IMG/VR virus record: IMGVR_UViG_3300034152_000419
Coordinates: 1-64,000 of that record
DNA length: 64,000 nucleotides
Reading direction: 5' to 3' (one strand)
From: a virus
The stretch's first letter is position 1, and every line of letters begins with the position of its first letter. Under the pieces are notes generated by a model. That model was not told the DNA's origin, made no database searches, and worked only from the letters and a program-made list of their open reading frames with translations. The position numbers and the translations under genes are program-made. Shown in pieces: positions 19,162 to 28,674 of this stretch.

Positions 19162-20178
19162 TCAGATAATGTCATCGATATCGGTGACGTCGTCATCCTT
19201 GTCCTTGCCAGTTTCAAGATCGTCGTCATCCAGACCGCCGCCGGACTCCTCTCCGTGTTTCTCTTGATATGCGGAGACCAGTTCGTCGATCACCTCCTCA
19301 GGATCACTGCTCTGACGGATCTTGACATCCCCTTTGAGACCGTTTTCGTCTCTCCACTCAAGCAGTGCCTTGAGTTTTGAGACATCCTTTTTCTTTTCCT
19401 TGATCAGTTCGACCAGAGTCGAGCGAACATCGTCCTCGCCGCTTGCCTCGTCATCAAAGAGATCAGCATCTCCGCCGCTCTCCGTGTCATCGAAAAGATC
19501 CTCATCGGACTCACCCGTCTTGTCGTCGTCAGATCCGACCGGGGACGATCCCCCGAAAAGTTTTCGCATCTCTTTTGAGGATTTCGGTGAGAGTAATTTT
19601 TCATAGTCAATCGGAGTGCACAATTCCTTGAGCGTGACGTCCTCATCTTTGATCAAGGGAGCAAGTTTTTTCGGATCGATATATTTCAGAAACTCGAAAT
19701 CCTCTCCCGTCGCACATTCATTGAGAGAGGACCCCCGCGACATCTCATAGACCGCGAACCTCAATTTGTTGTCGCGTTTCTGCATCTGCTTGAGCAGTTT
19801 CTCTCGTGCCTTTGCTTTTCCGACGAATAGTTTTTTCTGAATTTTGTGAACCTTGCCGTCTCGGTCCTCATACTTTCGAGTGTCGAGCACCGTGCACACG
19901 ACGACATAGGACGCATTGAATCCGGCATCACACGCCGGACAGTTATCGTCAGCACCGAGACACGTCGCCGTCACAAATTCTTTTCCGATTTTCTCCGTGT
20001 GCTCATAAAAGAAAAACTCAGGATTATCGAGGAAAATAATTTTCGCGGATTCGTCATTTTTCAGACGGAATCTCCACGGACCCGATTTTTCCTCTCGACG
20101 TTTTTTCGCCGCCGCATCCTCTTGATCTGCTCGTCTCTGTCCCTCGGACCCTTTGAGATACCATTTTCCTTTTGCCAT
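19162..20178 (-). CDS. single-stranded DNA-binding protein (gp32-like)
   Basis: H...C...CPAC Zn site; very acidic C-terminal tail; replication context. Confidence 0.7.
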   Translation of the reverse strand: MAKGKWYLKGSEGQRRADQEDAAAKKRREEKSGPWRFRLKNDESAKIIFLDNPEFFFYEHTEKIGKEFVTATCLGADDNCPACDAGFNASYVVVCTVLDTRKYEDRDGKVHKIQKKLFVGKAKAREKLLKQMQKRDNKLRFAVYEMSRGSSLNECATGEDFEFLKYIDPKKLAPLIKDEDVTLKELCTPIDYEKLLSPKSSKEMRKLFGGSSPVGSDDDKTGESDEDLFDDTESGGDADLFDDEASGEDDVRSTLVELIKEKKKDVSKLKALLEWRDENGLKGDVKIRQSSDPEEVIDELVSAYQEKHGEESGGGLDDDDLETGKDKDDDVTDIDDII

Positions 20179-20201
20179 GTTTGACCTCCTGTCTGATTTT
20201 C

Positions 20202-21269
20202 TCACACGTTTGATTTTTTGTCAAGAACTCTCCTCAACTCCTCCACACTTAAAAGATCTCCGGCATCCTTGCACCATTTGTCGCCGGGATTCTTTTTAAA
20301 TTTTGGATGACGTTTGCCGACAGACCAGTCCGCCTCAAAGATCGTTGATCTGCCGTTGACCCTCTCGATGATTTTTTTGTGAGTGTTCTGTCCCGCACGG
20401 TCAGCATCATATCCGAGAATGATCGTCCTTGCCATGCACAGAGAATCGATCTGAGAATCCGTGACCGAACTCGTCGCAGACGCCACGACGTTGAAATATC
20501 CGAGTGTATGCAACCGACACACGTCGAGTTCCGCCTCGATTGCCATGACCGGACGAGTCCAGTCGATCAAGTGCATCCCGAACCAGACACCGACCTCCCG
20601 GAGTTTCGGAAAAACAAGTCTCGGAAAACCCGCTTTTTTTGGATTGATCGTCCAGATCGCTTTTTCCACCCGTGACCGGGACCGGAGCATATAAATTCGT
20701 CCCTGAATATCGGTGAGAGGAAAAATCAAACACCGATTGTCAGGATCGAATCTGACTCCGAGTTGATAAGCGAAAACAGGATCGATCAGTCTTTCGTTTT
20801 TCAGATACTCTCGACACCTCCGCGCCTCGAATCCTTTTCCGCTCTGTAATAATCTATATTGACGAATGACCTCCGGGGGGAGGGGAGGGATCTCGTGATC
20901 CGCATCACTGTCCGGGAGTTTCCAGTGATCGCGAGGTTGCATTTTCGAGATCGCCTCATCCGAGTGATAATGGATCTCCTCCTCTGCAAAGATCTGAGCA
21001 GAGGTCCACGGATATCGACCTGTGACCACGAAAAGTCTGTGAATGAGTTTCGACAGCGTCCTCCCATTCGGTGAACATCCGAAACAATACCAGTGAGACA
21101 GTCCCTCATCGTTGATCCGAATCCCGAATGATGGACGACTGTCAGCACCCCCGGCATGTGTCCACGGAGCGAGAGGACACCCGCAGTTGACCCACTCCTC
21201 CCGGACGTGAATCTCATCGCGGGGGACGCCGAGTCCGATCAAAAATCGAATAATCGACTCCTCGATCAA
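20202..21269 (-). CDS. DNA primase (Zn finger + TOPRIM)
   Basis: CPL..H...CFGC; EAELD; YDADRAG. Confidence 0.85.
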   Translation of the reverse strand: MIEESIIRFLIGLGVPRDEIHVREEWVNCGCPLAPWTHAGGADSRPSFGIRINDEGLSHWYCFGCSPNGRTLSKLIHRLFVVTGRYPWTSAQIFAEEEIHYHSDEAISKMQPRDHWKLPDSDADHEIPPLPPEVIRQYRLLQSGKGFEARRCREYLKNERLIDPVFAYQLGVRFDPDNRCLIFPLTDIQGRIYMLRSRSRVEKAIWTINPKKAGFPRLVFPKLREVGVWFGMHLIDWTRPVMAIEAELDVCRLHTLGYFNVVASATSSVTDSQIDSLCMARTIILGYDADRAGQNTHKKIIERVNGRSTIFEADWSVGKRHPKFKKNPGDKWCKDAGDLLSVEELRRVLDKKSNV

Positions 21270-21628
21270 AGAGAGTGCCTCCTCAATTTGTAATTCTCTT
21301 GAACTTTCAAAATCCGCTCGTGAATCTTTTTCGCTCGACCGTTTAATTGATGGATATAGTCCTCGACCTGTCGCTCGGATCGAGCGAGATAATATCCTTG
21401 ATTTTTTGCAACCGGGACGAACGTCTGATCATAATCCATACACTCAAGGATGATCTGACGGACCCTGCTCGACGTGCTCGTGTCCGAAAATCCGAGTTTC
21501 CTTGAGATCTCGATGCACTTGATCGGATCGCTCTCAGTCGCCGAGCGAATCAGCCGCATCACCTCAAGCATGACCTCGATGTTTGTCGAGAATCCGTTTG
21601 CTCTGCCTGATTTTTTAAAGATTGTCAT
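21266..21628 (-). CDS. winged-helix DNA-binding protein
   Basis: EISRKLG...VRQII...GYYLA. Confidence 0.6.
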   Translation of the reverse strand: MTIFKKSGRANGFSTNIEVMLEVMRLIRSATESDPIKCIEISRKLGFSDTSTSSRVRQIILECMDYDQTFVPVAKNQGYYLARSERQVEDYIHQLNGRAKKIHERILKVQENYKLRRHSL

Positions 21629-22236
21629 GTCCTTGTCCTCCTGTTTTTGTCAATACGAATCACCCTGACTTTCCTTTTTCTCGCCGCATTGTCAGGGATC
21701 ACGTGTGCGAGTTCCGCCTCAAGTTGATCGATTGCCTCGGACAGATCCGGTCCCTCGTCGTCATCAAAATCAAGCACCTCCGAGAGAGGACGTCCCTGAC
21801 CGAGATCCTCTGATCGACAGTTCGGATGAAAGGGAGGATCGCCTCGCCGCAGTCCCCTCGTCCGATTGAGAGCCTCGCGACTCATAACGTCTCGAACATT
21901 GTCGTCATCCGCGATGACGATGAGATCAAATGAGTCCCTCAAAACGTCCTGAGTCCCGTCTCCGAAATCTATTTCAGCACTGACATTGACGGTATAAGGA
22001 CTCATCGAAATATGTCCCTCCCGGATCTGCATCTCGACCCGGAGAGGTTTGTTTTCAGGGACAATGCTATCTCTCAGCATGAATGTCGTCGTGTCATTGT
22101 TTATCAGATTCACGATTCTGATTTCGTGATCGATAATTTTTGCCTCTCCGATCAGACCCGGAATCAAGGCATTGTCAAAATCAACCCGGAGAGTGATTGT
22201 CTCCCTGATCTTTTTGAAAGTAGTTCCGAGACTCAT
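21625..22236 (-). CDS. hypothetical protein
   Basis: 203 aa; contains PPFHPNCRS, which resembles the MuF C-terminal motif. Confidence 0.7.
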   Translation of the reverse strand: MSLGTTFKKIRETITLRVDFDNALIPGLIGEAKIIDHEIRIVNLINNDTTTFMLRDSIVPENKPLRVEMQIREGHISMSPYTVNVSAEIDFGDGTQDVLRDSFDLIVIADDDNVRDVMSREALNRTRGLRRGDPPFHPNCRSEDLGQGRPLSEVLDFDDDEGPDLSEAIDQLEAELAHVIPDNAARKRKVRVIRIDKNRRTRT

Positions 22237-23495
22237 TTTCGACGTTTTCCCTTGTCCTCTTTTTTCACGAAAACTGTGTTCTCCGCCACGACTGCAAATT
22301 GTGTGATCGTCATTTTGTTAAAATCGAACTCGACCTCAATGACTCCCTGCTCTCCCTCACGTCCCTTGAGGATCGACAGATAACTATAAACGACGCCTTT
22401 TGCTCCCTCCCGTGTCGAGGGATTCAATCCACAGACAATCGAGGCGAGTTTTCCGATCTCATCCGATCCGCCGATGTGATCGATTGAGCCGGACCCTTTT
22501 CGACTGAACTGATATGTCGCGATGATCGGGATCGAGAACTCGGTCCCCATCATTTTCTGATATTCCGCGACCTCCGCGATTCGTTCCCATCGTGACCTGA
22601 ACCTGTCCCGTGTCCTGAGCATATATGCACCGTCAATGTAAACACACGTCGGACGTTTCTCCTGAATCACGAGAGCGAGATCCTCAATGGTTGACTTGAG
22701 AGATCCCTGCATCACATAAAACGGATTCTCAAGTTTTTCCAGATCGGAGAGAATATTGACGACCTTTTTGACCTTAAAATGATCCGTCTGTCCGAGTCGG
22801 AGGTGTCGAACATTCACTCCTGTGTCCAGTGCGATGATCCGCCTTGCACACTGTAAAGCAGACATCTCGAAATTGACGACAAGAGGTGTCTCTCCATAAC
22901 TGTGAGCATATAGAGCAGAGGCGAACAGGAGATATGATTTCCCGGTTCCCGGACGTCCGACGATTGCGACCGTGTCGGATGCTTGAGCACCATCGGAGAG
23001 ATCGTCCAGATACTCAAAACCGAACGGGACCCCGCTCATCCGGGAGGACATCTGCCGGAGTCTCTGTGCCTTTAGGACATCACGTCCGGCATCCGAGAGA
23101 GTCCTCACACTGTCCGCCGCGAACTTTTCCCTGAGTTTCAGAGCAAGTCCTGAGATCTCCTCCCTTGCCTCGTCAACAAAACCGTCGCCGATTTTCATCT
23201 GAATGGATTTCATCGTGTCGATCATCATTTTTTCTTGATGACGATTCCTGACTCCGTCCATCCAATATCCGAGAGGTTCGTCGGGAAATGATCCGATCTT
23301 GACCTCGACCTCCCGCTCGACCGTCTCGATGCTCGGCATTTTGCCGAATTTTATGAAATGATGACGAACATATCTGAGGACCGCGACCTCCTCCCCCTCG
23401 AACGATTCGTCGTCGATTGAGTGTTCTATTAAAAAAGACGGAGATCGCCTCTCCTCGATCATTCGCCTGAGCAGACCCATCCCGACGGACATCAA
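22233..23495 (-). CDS. dnaB: DnaB-like replicative helicase
   Basis: GRPGTGKS, NFEMS, VYIDG, PII..Q, ILKGREG. Confidence 0.9.
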   Translation of the reverse strand: MMSVGMGLLRRMIEERRSPSFLIEHSIDDESFEGEEVAVLRYVRHHFIKFGKMPSIETVEREVEVKIGSFPDEPLGYWMDGVRNRHQEKMMIDTMKSIQMKIGDGFVDEAREEISGLALKLREKFAADSVRTLSDAGRDVLKAQRLRQMSSRMSGVPFGFEYLDDLSDGAQASDTVAIVGRPGTGKSYLLFASALYAHSYGETPLVVNFEMSALQCARRIIALDTGVNVRHLRLGQTDHFKVKKVVNILSDLEKLENPFYVMQGSLKSTIEDLALVIQEKRPTCVYIDGAYMLRTRDRFRSRWERIAEVAEYQKMMGTEFSIPIIATYQFSRKGSGSIDHIGGSDEIGKLASIVCGLNPSTREGAKGVVYSYLSILKGREGEQGVIEVEFDFNKMTITQFAVVAENTVFVKKEDKGKRRK

Positions 23496-23521
23496 TCCCT
23501 CCCATGTTCAACACTGTTTGT

Positions 23522-24166
23522 TCAAAAAAGTTCAATGTCGCTTTGTCCCCGTCCCTGTCGAGTTTGAAAAACGTCACACTGAGTTTTTATCAGACGTGCA
23601 ATATTTTTGCCGACGGCATTTCCGATCTCATCCCATATCCGGGGGAGTGCCTCTTTGTCAGCATTGACATCGGAGTCGAAATGGACCAGAAAAACAGTCG
23701 GAGCACCACTCGCCGCCCGATCTGATAAATTGTTAAATATCCTTGATTCATAGTTGAAAAATTTTCGGTATTTCGTTGTCGGATAGATCCACAGGAGCAA
23801 CTCATTTCGAGTGATATCGTTTGAGAATCGTGTGACGTCGTCCTCAAAATCCCCCCGCTCAAACGGATCGACAAAATCATGAGTCGTCAGAGAGTTCGCA
23901 AATTTCAGATATGAGATGATATAGGTGATCGGGATCAACTCATAAAAAGTCTCAAGCGTTTTTATATCATCCGAGACGATCATGATCCACGGATGGGATT
24001 CGATCTTGAGAAAAAATTTCGCGAGACTCTTGAGGATTTTCTTTTCGACCTTTTCCTCCCGCCACCCGTCGAGATTAAACCCGCACCTCTCACAGAGATG
24101 ACTCGCCTTTTCAAAACGGTCCGACGGTTTTTTGATCGTCCACGGATAAAAAATTTTCATGATCAA
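23522..24166 (-). CDS. degenerate DnaC/IstB-like helicase loader
   Basis: Lies between initiator and dnaB; C-terminal L.DR....PT pattern; no Walker A. Confidence 0.4.
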   Translation of the reverse strand: MIMKIFYPWTIKKPSDRFEKASHLCERCGFNLDGWREEKVEKKILKSLAKFFLKIESHPWIMIVSDDIKTLETFYELIPITYIISYLKFANSLTTHDFVDPFERGDFEDDVTRFSNDITRNELLLWIYPTTKYRKFFNYESRIFNNLSDRAASGAPTVFLVHFDSDVNADKEALPRIWDEIGNAVGKNIARLIKTQCDVFQTRQGRGQSDIELF

Positions 24167-24172
24167 TCATCC

Positions 24173-25030
24173 TCATCGGTTGTCGATTATTCGATATCTG
24201 CTCGACACATAGTCCGTTCGTCTTTTTGCCTCGGATAGTGCCTCAAGGATTCTCTTTCGGTGACTGTAAACAAATGAGAACGTGAACCGGGAGGGGACGA
24301 AAAGCGGTCTTTTGAAATCATCGACCAGTGACGACCGGAGGACGTTCCATGACGAAACCAGATCACGGAAAACCTCCCTCGGATCTCGTCCCATTTCCTC
24401 ACAGTCCTGTTTCATGAACATTTTTGCCTGTCTCTCAAGTTTTTTCGTCCATGCCTCCCCGGAATATTCAACATCATACTCAGCACACAGATCCCGAAAA
24501 TAAGAGGTGAGCGTTTGCACTCTCAACTCTTTCCGCTTTTTATTTTTAAAATCCTTTGACTCCTCAAAACCATCCCGGACACCTTTAATATAATTTTTCA
24601 AGAGCGTCACCCCTTTTCGAGTGAATTTCGGTTTGATCAGTTTACCGAACTCCCGTGACGTCCGCTCAAGGATCTCGACGATTCTGTCAGGGATGCACGA
24701 GATGTCCTGATACAACTTTTTAATTGCATACCAGATCGCCGGGAGATTTATCGTTATATCACAGCGACCGTCAACCCTGTCCCTGAAAAAAATCAGTCCT
24801 TGATCCCTGAGTCTCTTTTTTGCCTTGTGAATATTTTGTCGATTAAACGGGAGACCGAGTGTGATTCCCGGAATCCCCCTTTCAAATTGTTTCGCCGGAA
24901 TCCTCTCCGTGAGTTTGTCGAACCGGAGTGTCCTCTCGCAGACGAACCGGAGAACAAAATAATCAGATCCAGTCCCGAATAAATGCAAATGACTTGAGAT
25001 CAACCCGTTATAAGCGAATGACAGACTCAT
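24173..25030 (-). CDS. putative replication initiator (wHTH)
   Basis: N-terminal wHTH-like segment (LRFVCERTL...KAKKRLRDQGLI); next to iterons and dnaB. Confidence 0.6.
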   Translation of the reverse strand: MSLSFAYNGLISSHLHLFGTGSDYFVLRFVCERTLRFDKLTERIPAKQFERGIPGITLGLPFNRQNIHKAKKRLRDQGLIFFRDRVDGRCDITINLPAIWYAIKKLYQDISCIPDRIVEILERTSREFGKLIKPKFTRKGVTLLKNYIKGVRDGFEESKDFKNKKRKELRVQTLTSYFRDLCAEYDVEYSGEAWTKKLERQAKMFMKQDCEEMGRDPREVFRDLVSSWNVLRSSLVDDFKRPLFVPSRFTFSFVYSHRKRILEALSEAKRRTDYVSSRYRIIDNR

Positions 25031-25099
25031 GATTTCCCTCCCCCCGTTTTCAGTCAAAAAATCCCCCGGTCTGCTTATGCGGACTTTGTCCGCCTTTGC

Positions 25100-25228
25100 T
25101 ATCTCAACTTATAATCTCATATAATAATCTATATATATAGGTGACTCGCCAGCGAGACACAGCGTCTCGCCAGTGAGACACAGCGTATCGCCAGCGAGAC
25201 ACCCTGTCTCGCCAGCGAGACACCCCTG
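25100..25228. repeat. putative replication origin: AT-rich tract plus four 21-bp iterons
   Basis: CTCGCCAGCGAGACAC(A/C)... at 25145, 25166, 25187, 25208; AT-rich 25100-25140. Confidence 0.75.
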
Positions 25229-25246
25229 ATCCCCCCTTTTTTCAAG

Positions 25247-25275
25247 TTGACAAGGATTTCATCCCCTGATATATT
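25247..25275 (+). promoter_or_regulatory. sigma70-type promoter, plus strand
   Basis: TTGACA-17 bp-TATATT. Confidence 0.7.
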
Positions 25276-25281
25276 CCCCAT

Positions 25282-25402
25282 AATTGAGCATCGGTTCGAT
25301 GCTTGATTCCCGCAGTGACCGTCCTTGTCCTTTGCCACCATGACTCATGTCACTGCAACCCCGGACCCGGAGGGAAATCGCCGCCCCTCCGGGTTTTCTT
25401 TT
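25282..25402 (+). ncRNA. candidate structured small RNA (~120 nt)
   Basis: Bounded by promoter and intrinsic terminator; three hairpins. Confidence 0.5.
25365..25402 (+). terminator. intrinsic terminator
   Basis: ACCCGGAGGG/CCCTCCGGGT stem followed by a T-rich tract. Confidence 0.7.
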
Positions 25403-25650
25403 TAATATTTCGAGAGACGACTCAGAGACGGTTTCTTTTTCGGTTTTCTAAAATGCCGGACCCCCTCCTGATATATCCATTGAATGACTGATTCCAGATC
25501 TGAGAGATCCCGTCTGTCCCACTCTTGAGCGTTGCCCGAAAACAGATCCCCCTCACCCTGCTCGAAATGAACCTCAAGAAATGGGACGACCGTTTCAATG
25601 AGAATCCGTGCTCTGTTTTTTGTCAGATTTATTCTCGTTGATTTTTGCAT
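25402..25650 (-). CDS. hypothetical protein
   Basis: 82 aa. Confidence 0.6.
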   Translation of the reverse strand: MQKSTRINLTKNRARILIETVVPFLEVHFEQGEGDLFSGNAQEWDRRDLSDLESVIQWIYQEGVRHFRKPKKKPSLSRLSKY

Positions 25651-25751
25651 ATCGACACCCGATCATTTTCCCAAAAACGAACGGAGCAAGAGGACCGAGA
25701 CCGATCCCGCTCCGTTCGGATAGATTCCAGATTGACCGAAAAACGGATCGA

Positions 25752-26039
25752 CTAATTTTTGAAAAATGATTCGACAGGGATTCCCTGAAACAGGACCCCG
25801 TTGAGAACTTTGATCTCATGTGCAATCGCCTCGGATCTTTTTGCGAATGTGTCGGAGAGTCTTTTCCTCGAACCGTCGAGCATGTTCACCTCGACGAACC
25901 ATTTTTGTTCATCCTCGTCGAACAGCACATTCGATGCACGAATGACACTGACCCGTCCCTCGGTGACAATCGGGGAGTCCTCATCATACAAGCAAAACAC
26001 CTCCCCGTGTGCCGTGATCTTGAACGTCGTTGCTTTCAT
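25752..26039 (-). CDS. hypothetical protein of the DUF1257/DUF2997 neighbourhood
   Basis: G.V.CLY.E, RASNV, F..RSEAIA.E; start re-set to MKATTF. Confidence 0.7.
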   Translation of the reverse strand: MKATTFKITAHGEVFCLYDEDSPIVTEGRVSVIRASNVLFDEDEQKWFVEVNMLDGSRKRLSDTFAKRSEAIAHEIKVLNGVLFQGIPVESFFKN

Positions 26040-26065
26040 CCCTGTCCTCCGCCAGTGTCCCCCCA

Positions 26066-26081
26066 GTGCACACGTGTGCAC
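26066..26081. repeat. palindrome copy 5 (intergenic)
   Basis: Read directly. Confidence 0.95.
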
Positions 26082-26099
26082 CGGGAGGACGTTTCAGGA

Positions 26100-26294
26100 T
26101 TATTGACCGACGTGAACTCCGCCGGACCCCTCCTGATAAAATTCAGGTTTTCGTTTCTTGTCCCGGACCTCGCCGAGTGCGTTCATCGCCTTTTTCGCGA
26201 GATCCTCACACTTTCCGCCTGTGAAACCCTCAGCGTCGAACTTGACGTCCGAACCATCCGGGGAGATCGTGATTGTCAAAGTACCGTCAGACAT
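26100..26294 (-). CDS. DUF2997-family protein
   Basis: ITISPDG....EGFTG.KC......LG......KPEFYQ. Confidence 0.8.
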   Translation of the reverse strand: MSDGTLTITISPDGSDVKFDAEGFTGGKCEDLAKKAMNALGEVRDKKRKPEFYQEGSGGVHVGQ

Positions 26295-26312
26295 TTACTC
26301 ACCTCCTCCCAT

Positions 26313-26696
26313 TTACATTGACGCCGCACGGAGGACGATTGAGCCGTCGTTCTGCTCGACGGTCTCCGTGACCATTCCCCCGCTCTGCGTGATCCCGTTT
26401 CGGACGACTCCGACCGCATAATCACGCATGAGTTTTCCACCATTCGCACCGAGACGCCGAGTGATCGACGAATAGTGAGCGTCGGTGTCCAGTGCGAGAC
26501 GATATGCTCCACCCTCACGGACGAGATATCCCTGAGAGCCTCCCTGCGTGTCCCTGAGGATCGCATGAACCGGATATCCGTTCCACTGCATCCGCTCATC
26601 CCGGTTCAGATTATACTCGATCCCGTGTTGACGACACACATTTTTGAACATCGTGAGGTCCGAGATCTTGACCCCGACTTTCGCCCAAAATGACAT
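26313..26696 (-). CDS. DUF1257 (Ycf35-like) protein
   Basis: MS.....VKISDL; L..DYA; C-terminal EQNDGSIVL; adjacent to DUF2997. Confidence 0.75.
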   Translation of the reverse strand: MSFWAKVGVKISDLTMFKNVCRQHGIEYNLNRDERMQWNGYPVHAILRDTQGGSQGYLVREGGAYRLALDTDAHYSSITRRLGANGGKLMRDYAVGVVRNGITQSGGMVTETVEQNDGSIVLRAASM

Positions 26697-26717
26697 ATTT
26701 CACCTCCGTTGTGGTTT

Positions 26718-27284
26718 TCAGTCGATCAGTTGATCGACCGGATTGTTTCTTGACTTTCGCCCGACCCTAATGTGTCGGACACCTTTTCGCAGTTCGGACC
26801 GATCCACGTCGATGAGTTCCCTCAGAGTTTCCAGAGGGAGGATCGGCATCCGTTGAATCCATTTTCGGGAGTCGTTGTCTTTTCCGAGCAGTTCCAGTGC
26901 CTCCGATTTTTTCAGAAACGAGATCTGTCCCCGGAAAAAATGATCGTCATAATCCTGATCATGATCGAACGGACGAACAGTGACCCACGGATGACCTCCG
27001 CCGTCTTTAAATCGAAAATAAAAAGAGTAATATCGAGACGGGACCCCGAATCCGCTTTGACCGAGAAAAACTTTGCCGAATTTGAGTGTCGTCTCAAACT
27101 CCGTCCACGGTTTCGCGAAATCGGTTTTCGTCGGATTCGACATGACCGGAGTGACAAGTCCGTCTGATTTCGCCTGTGAGAACGCAATCTCCTCGCCGCC
27201 GACGATAAACCAGAGCAGAAACTTTCCCGTCACGTGATCTCGGTATTTCCAGACTCCCCCGTTGTAATAAAATCGACTCGGCAT
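26718..27284 (-). CDS. hypothetical protein
   Basis: 188 aa; AGGAG RBS behind promoter. Confidence 0.75.
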   Translation of the reverse strand: MPSRFYYNGGVWKYRDHVTGKFLLWFIVGGEEIAFSQAKSDGLVTPVMSNPTKTDFAKPWTEFETTLKFGKVFLGQSGFGVPSRYYSFYFRFKDGGGHPWVTVRPFDHDQDYDDHFFRGQISFLKKSEALELLGKDNDSRKWIQRMPILPLETLRELIDVDRSELRKGVRHIRVGRKSRNNPVDQLID

Positions 27285-27304
27285 CTTTTCACTCCTGATT
27301 AAGC

Positions 27305-27333
27305 ACTTTATATCAGATCAAATTTTTTGTCAA
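27305..27333 (-). promoter_or_regulatory. sigma70-type promoter, near-twin of 11889-11917
   Basis: TTGACA-AAAAATTTGATCTGATA-TAAAGT. Confidence 0.7.
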
Positions 27334-27357
27334 TGGGATTTTTAAACCCCCGGAATT

Positions 27358-27618
27358 TCAGGACAAGTCCTCCACGATGACCCGCTTGAAATTCTTTTCC
27401 CTCGTCTCCTCGATTGCCTCGAACATGAAAAACTTTTCGCGAGGTCTCGCATAGTAGTGAACGCGATGAGCCTCGCACCACTGACGGAATCTCTCATTCA
27501 GGATCTCAATGTCGATCTGAAAATGATTCTCATCGTCACCGAACTCGGCATCCATCCAGTCGCATATATTAAAGATCTCGATCCCGTCGTGAGTTGTCTC
27601 CATCGGTTTGATCATCAT
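27358..27618 (-). CDS. hypothetical protein
   Basis: 86 aa; GGAGG RBS. Confidence 0.7.
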   Translation of the reverse strand: MMIKPMETTHDGIEIFNICDWMDAEFGDDENHFQIDIEILNERFRQWCEAHRVHYYARPREKFFMFEAIEETREKNFKRVIVEDLS

Positions 27619-27863
27619 TCCTGTCCTCCCCAGTCCTCGACCTTATAGTCCCACGGTTCGGAGACGGTTTCTTTTTTGCCACAACAAACACAGGTGAGAG
27701 TCCACTCAACCGGAGGACGTGTCGGACCCATATTGACCGAGACTCCGGTTCGCTCGAAATGACGAGCACCACACTCGCACCGATATCCGCGATTGATGAA
27801 AGTGTTTCCACTGTCATGATTTTTGAGGATCTCGACCTTTTCCGTGATGATATGTGTCAGCAT
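27615..27863 (-). CDS. Zn-ribbon hypothetical protein
   Basis: CECG...CVCC; start re-set to MLTHII. Confidence 0.65.
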   Translation of the reverse strand: MLTHIITEKVEILKNHDSGNTFINRGYRCECGARHFERTGVSVNMGPTRPPVEWTLTCVCCGKKETVSEPWDYKVEDWGGQE

Positions 27864-27924
27864 TTTGTGTCTCCCTCGTTTGAGTGTCTGATCTATCGTC
27901 TCACACCTAAAATTTTTTGTCAAG

Positions 27925-28674
27925 TTAAAATTCAACCTTTGTCCATTTTTTCGGAGTTCCCGCCGGGACATTATATCCTCGCTCGAACAGTGACATCGGA
28001 GTCGGACGATCTGCATGACCTGTCACACTGCCGTCGGTCCAGAGCACCGCATAAGACCGGGACCCGCGAGTCGTTCCCGTATAGGTGACTGACTCATACA
28101 GAGCAATTTCACCCGCGACAGCGACCAGATCATAAGGATTGATTCCACGGTTGACTGTCTGAGGAAACCTGATCCGAACCATCTCGTGACGGATGCACCA
28201 TTCACCATGATCGGGATGCTCGCGGTCGAACACGTCGATGATCACGTGAGTCTCGTCTTTGAGTTCGGAATTTTCTTTCGCGTTCGCGACAGCGTTCTTG
28301 AAAGCATCGTCCTCGGTCTCACCCTCGACGATCTGATTGACATAGTGCTCATCCTCGTCGCCGACCCGGATCTCAGCATAATATCTCGGAGTCTCGAACT
28401 CGACAAAGTATCTGACCGGACGACCCGTCGATGAGAAAACGTGTCCGCAGTTCCCGTCGTGAATCGTCAGACGACCGTGTCTCTCGACTTTCGCTCCGCC
28501 GCCCAGTTTGACCCACATCTTTTTGAACTTGACCGAATAAACATCGTCACCCAGTTTTTCGAGGATGACCAGAGTCTTTCGGGTTTCGCGTTCCGCCGGG
28601 ACGTGTCCGTGATTCGCATAAATATTTTTTCGAGTTGCTTTGACTTTGATTTCCTGTCCGATTGTGAGTTCCAT
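27925..28674 (-). CDS. hypothetical protein, first gene behind sigma54 promoter 2
   Basis: Start re-set to MELTIG. Confidence 0.75.
   Translation of the reverse strand: MELTIGQEIKVKATRKNIYANHGHVPAERETRKTLVILEKLGDDVYSVKFKKMWVKLGGGAKVERHGRLTIHDGNCGHVFSSTGRPVRYFVEFETPRYYAEIRVGDEDEHYVNQIVEGETEDDAFKNAVANAKENSELKDETHVIIDVFDREHPDHGEWCIRHEMVRIRFPQTVNRGINPYDLVAVAGEIALYESVTYTGTTRGSRSYAVLWTDGSVTGHADRPTPMSLFERGYNVPAGTPKKWTKVEF

Noticed and set aside
25145-25228. Possible mini-CRISPR array
   Set aside because: Contiguous 21-bp repeats without unique spacers; fits iterons
25129-25491. ORFs 25129-25341 (-) and 25303-25491 (+)
   Set aside because: They run through iterons, promoter or terminator and lack a good RBS
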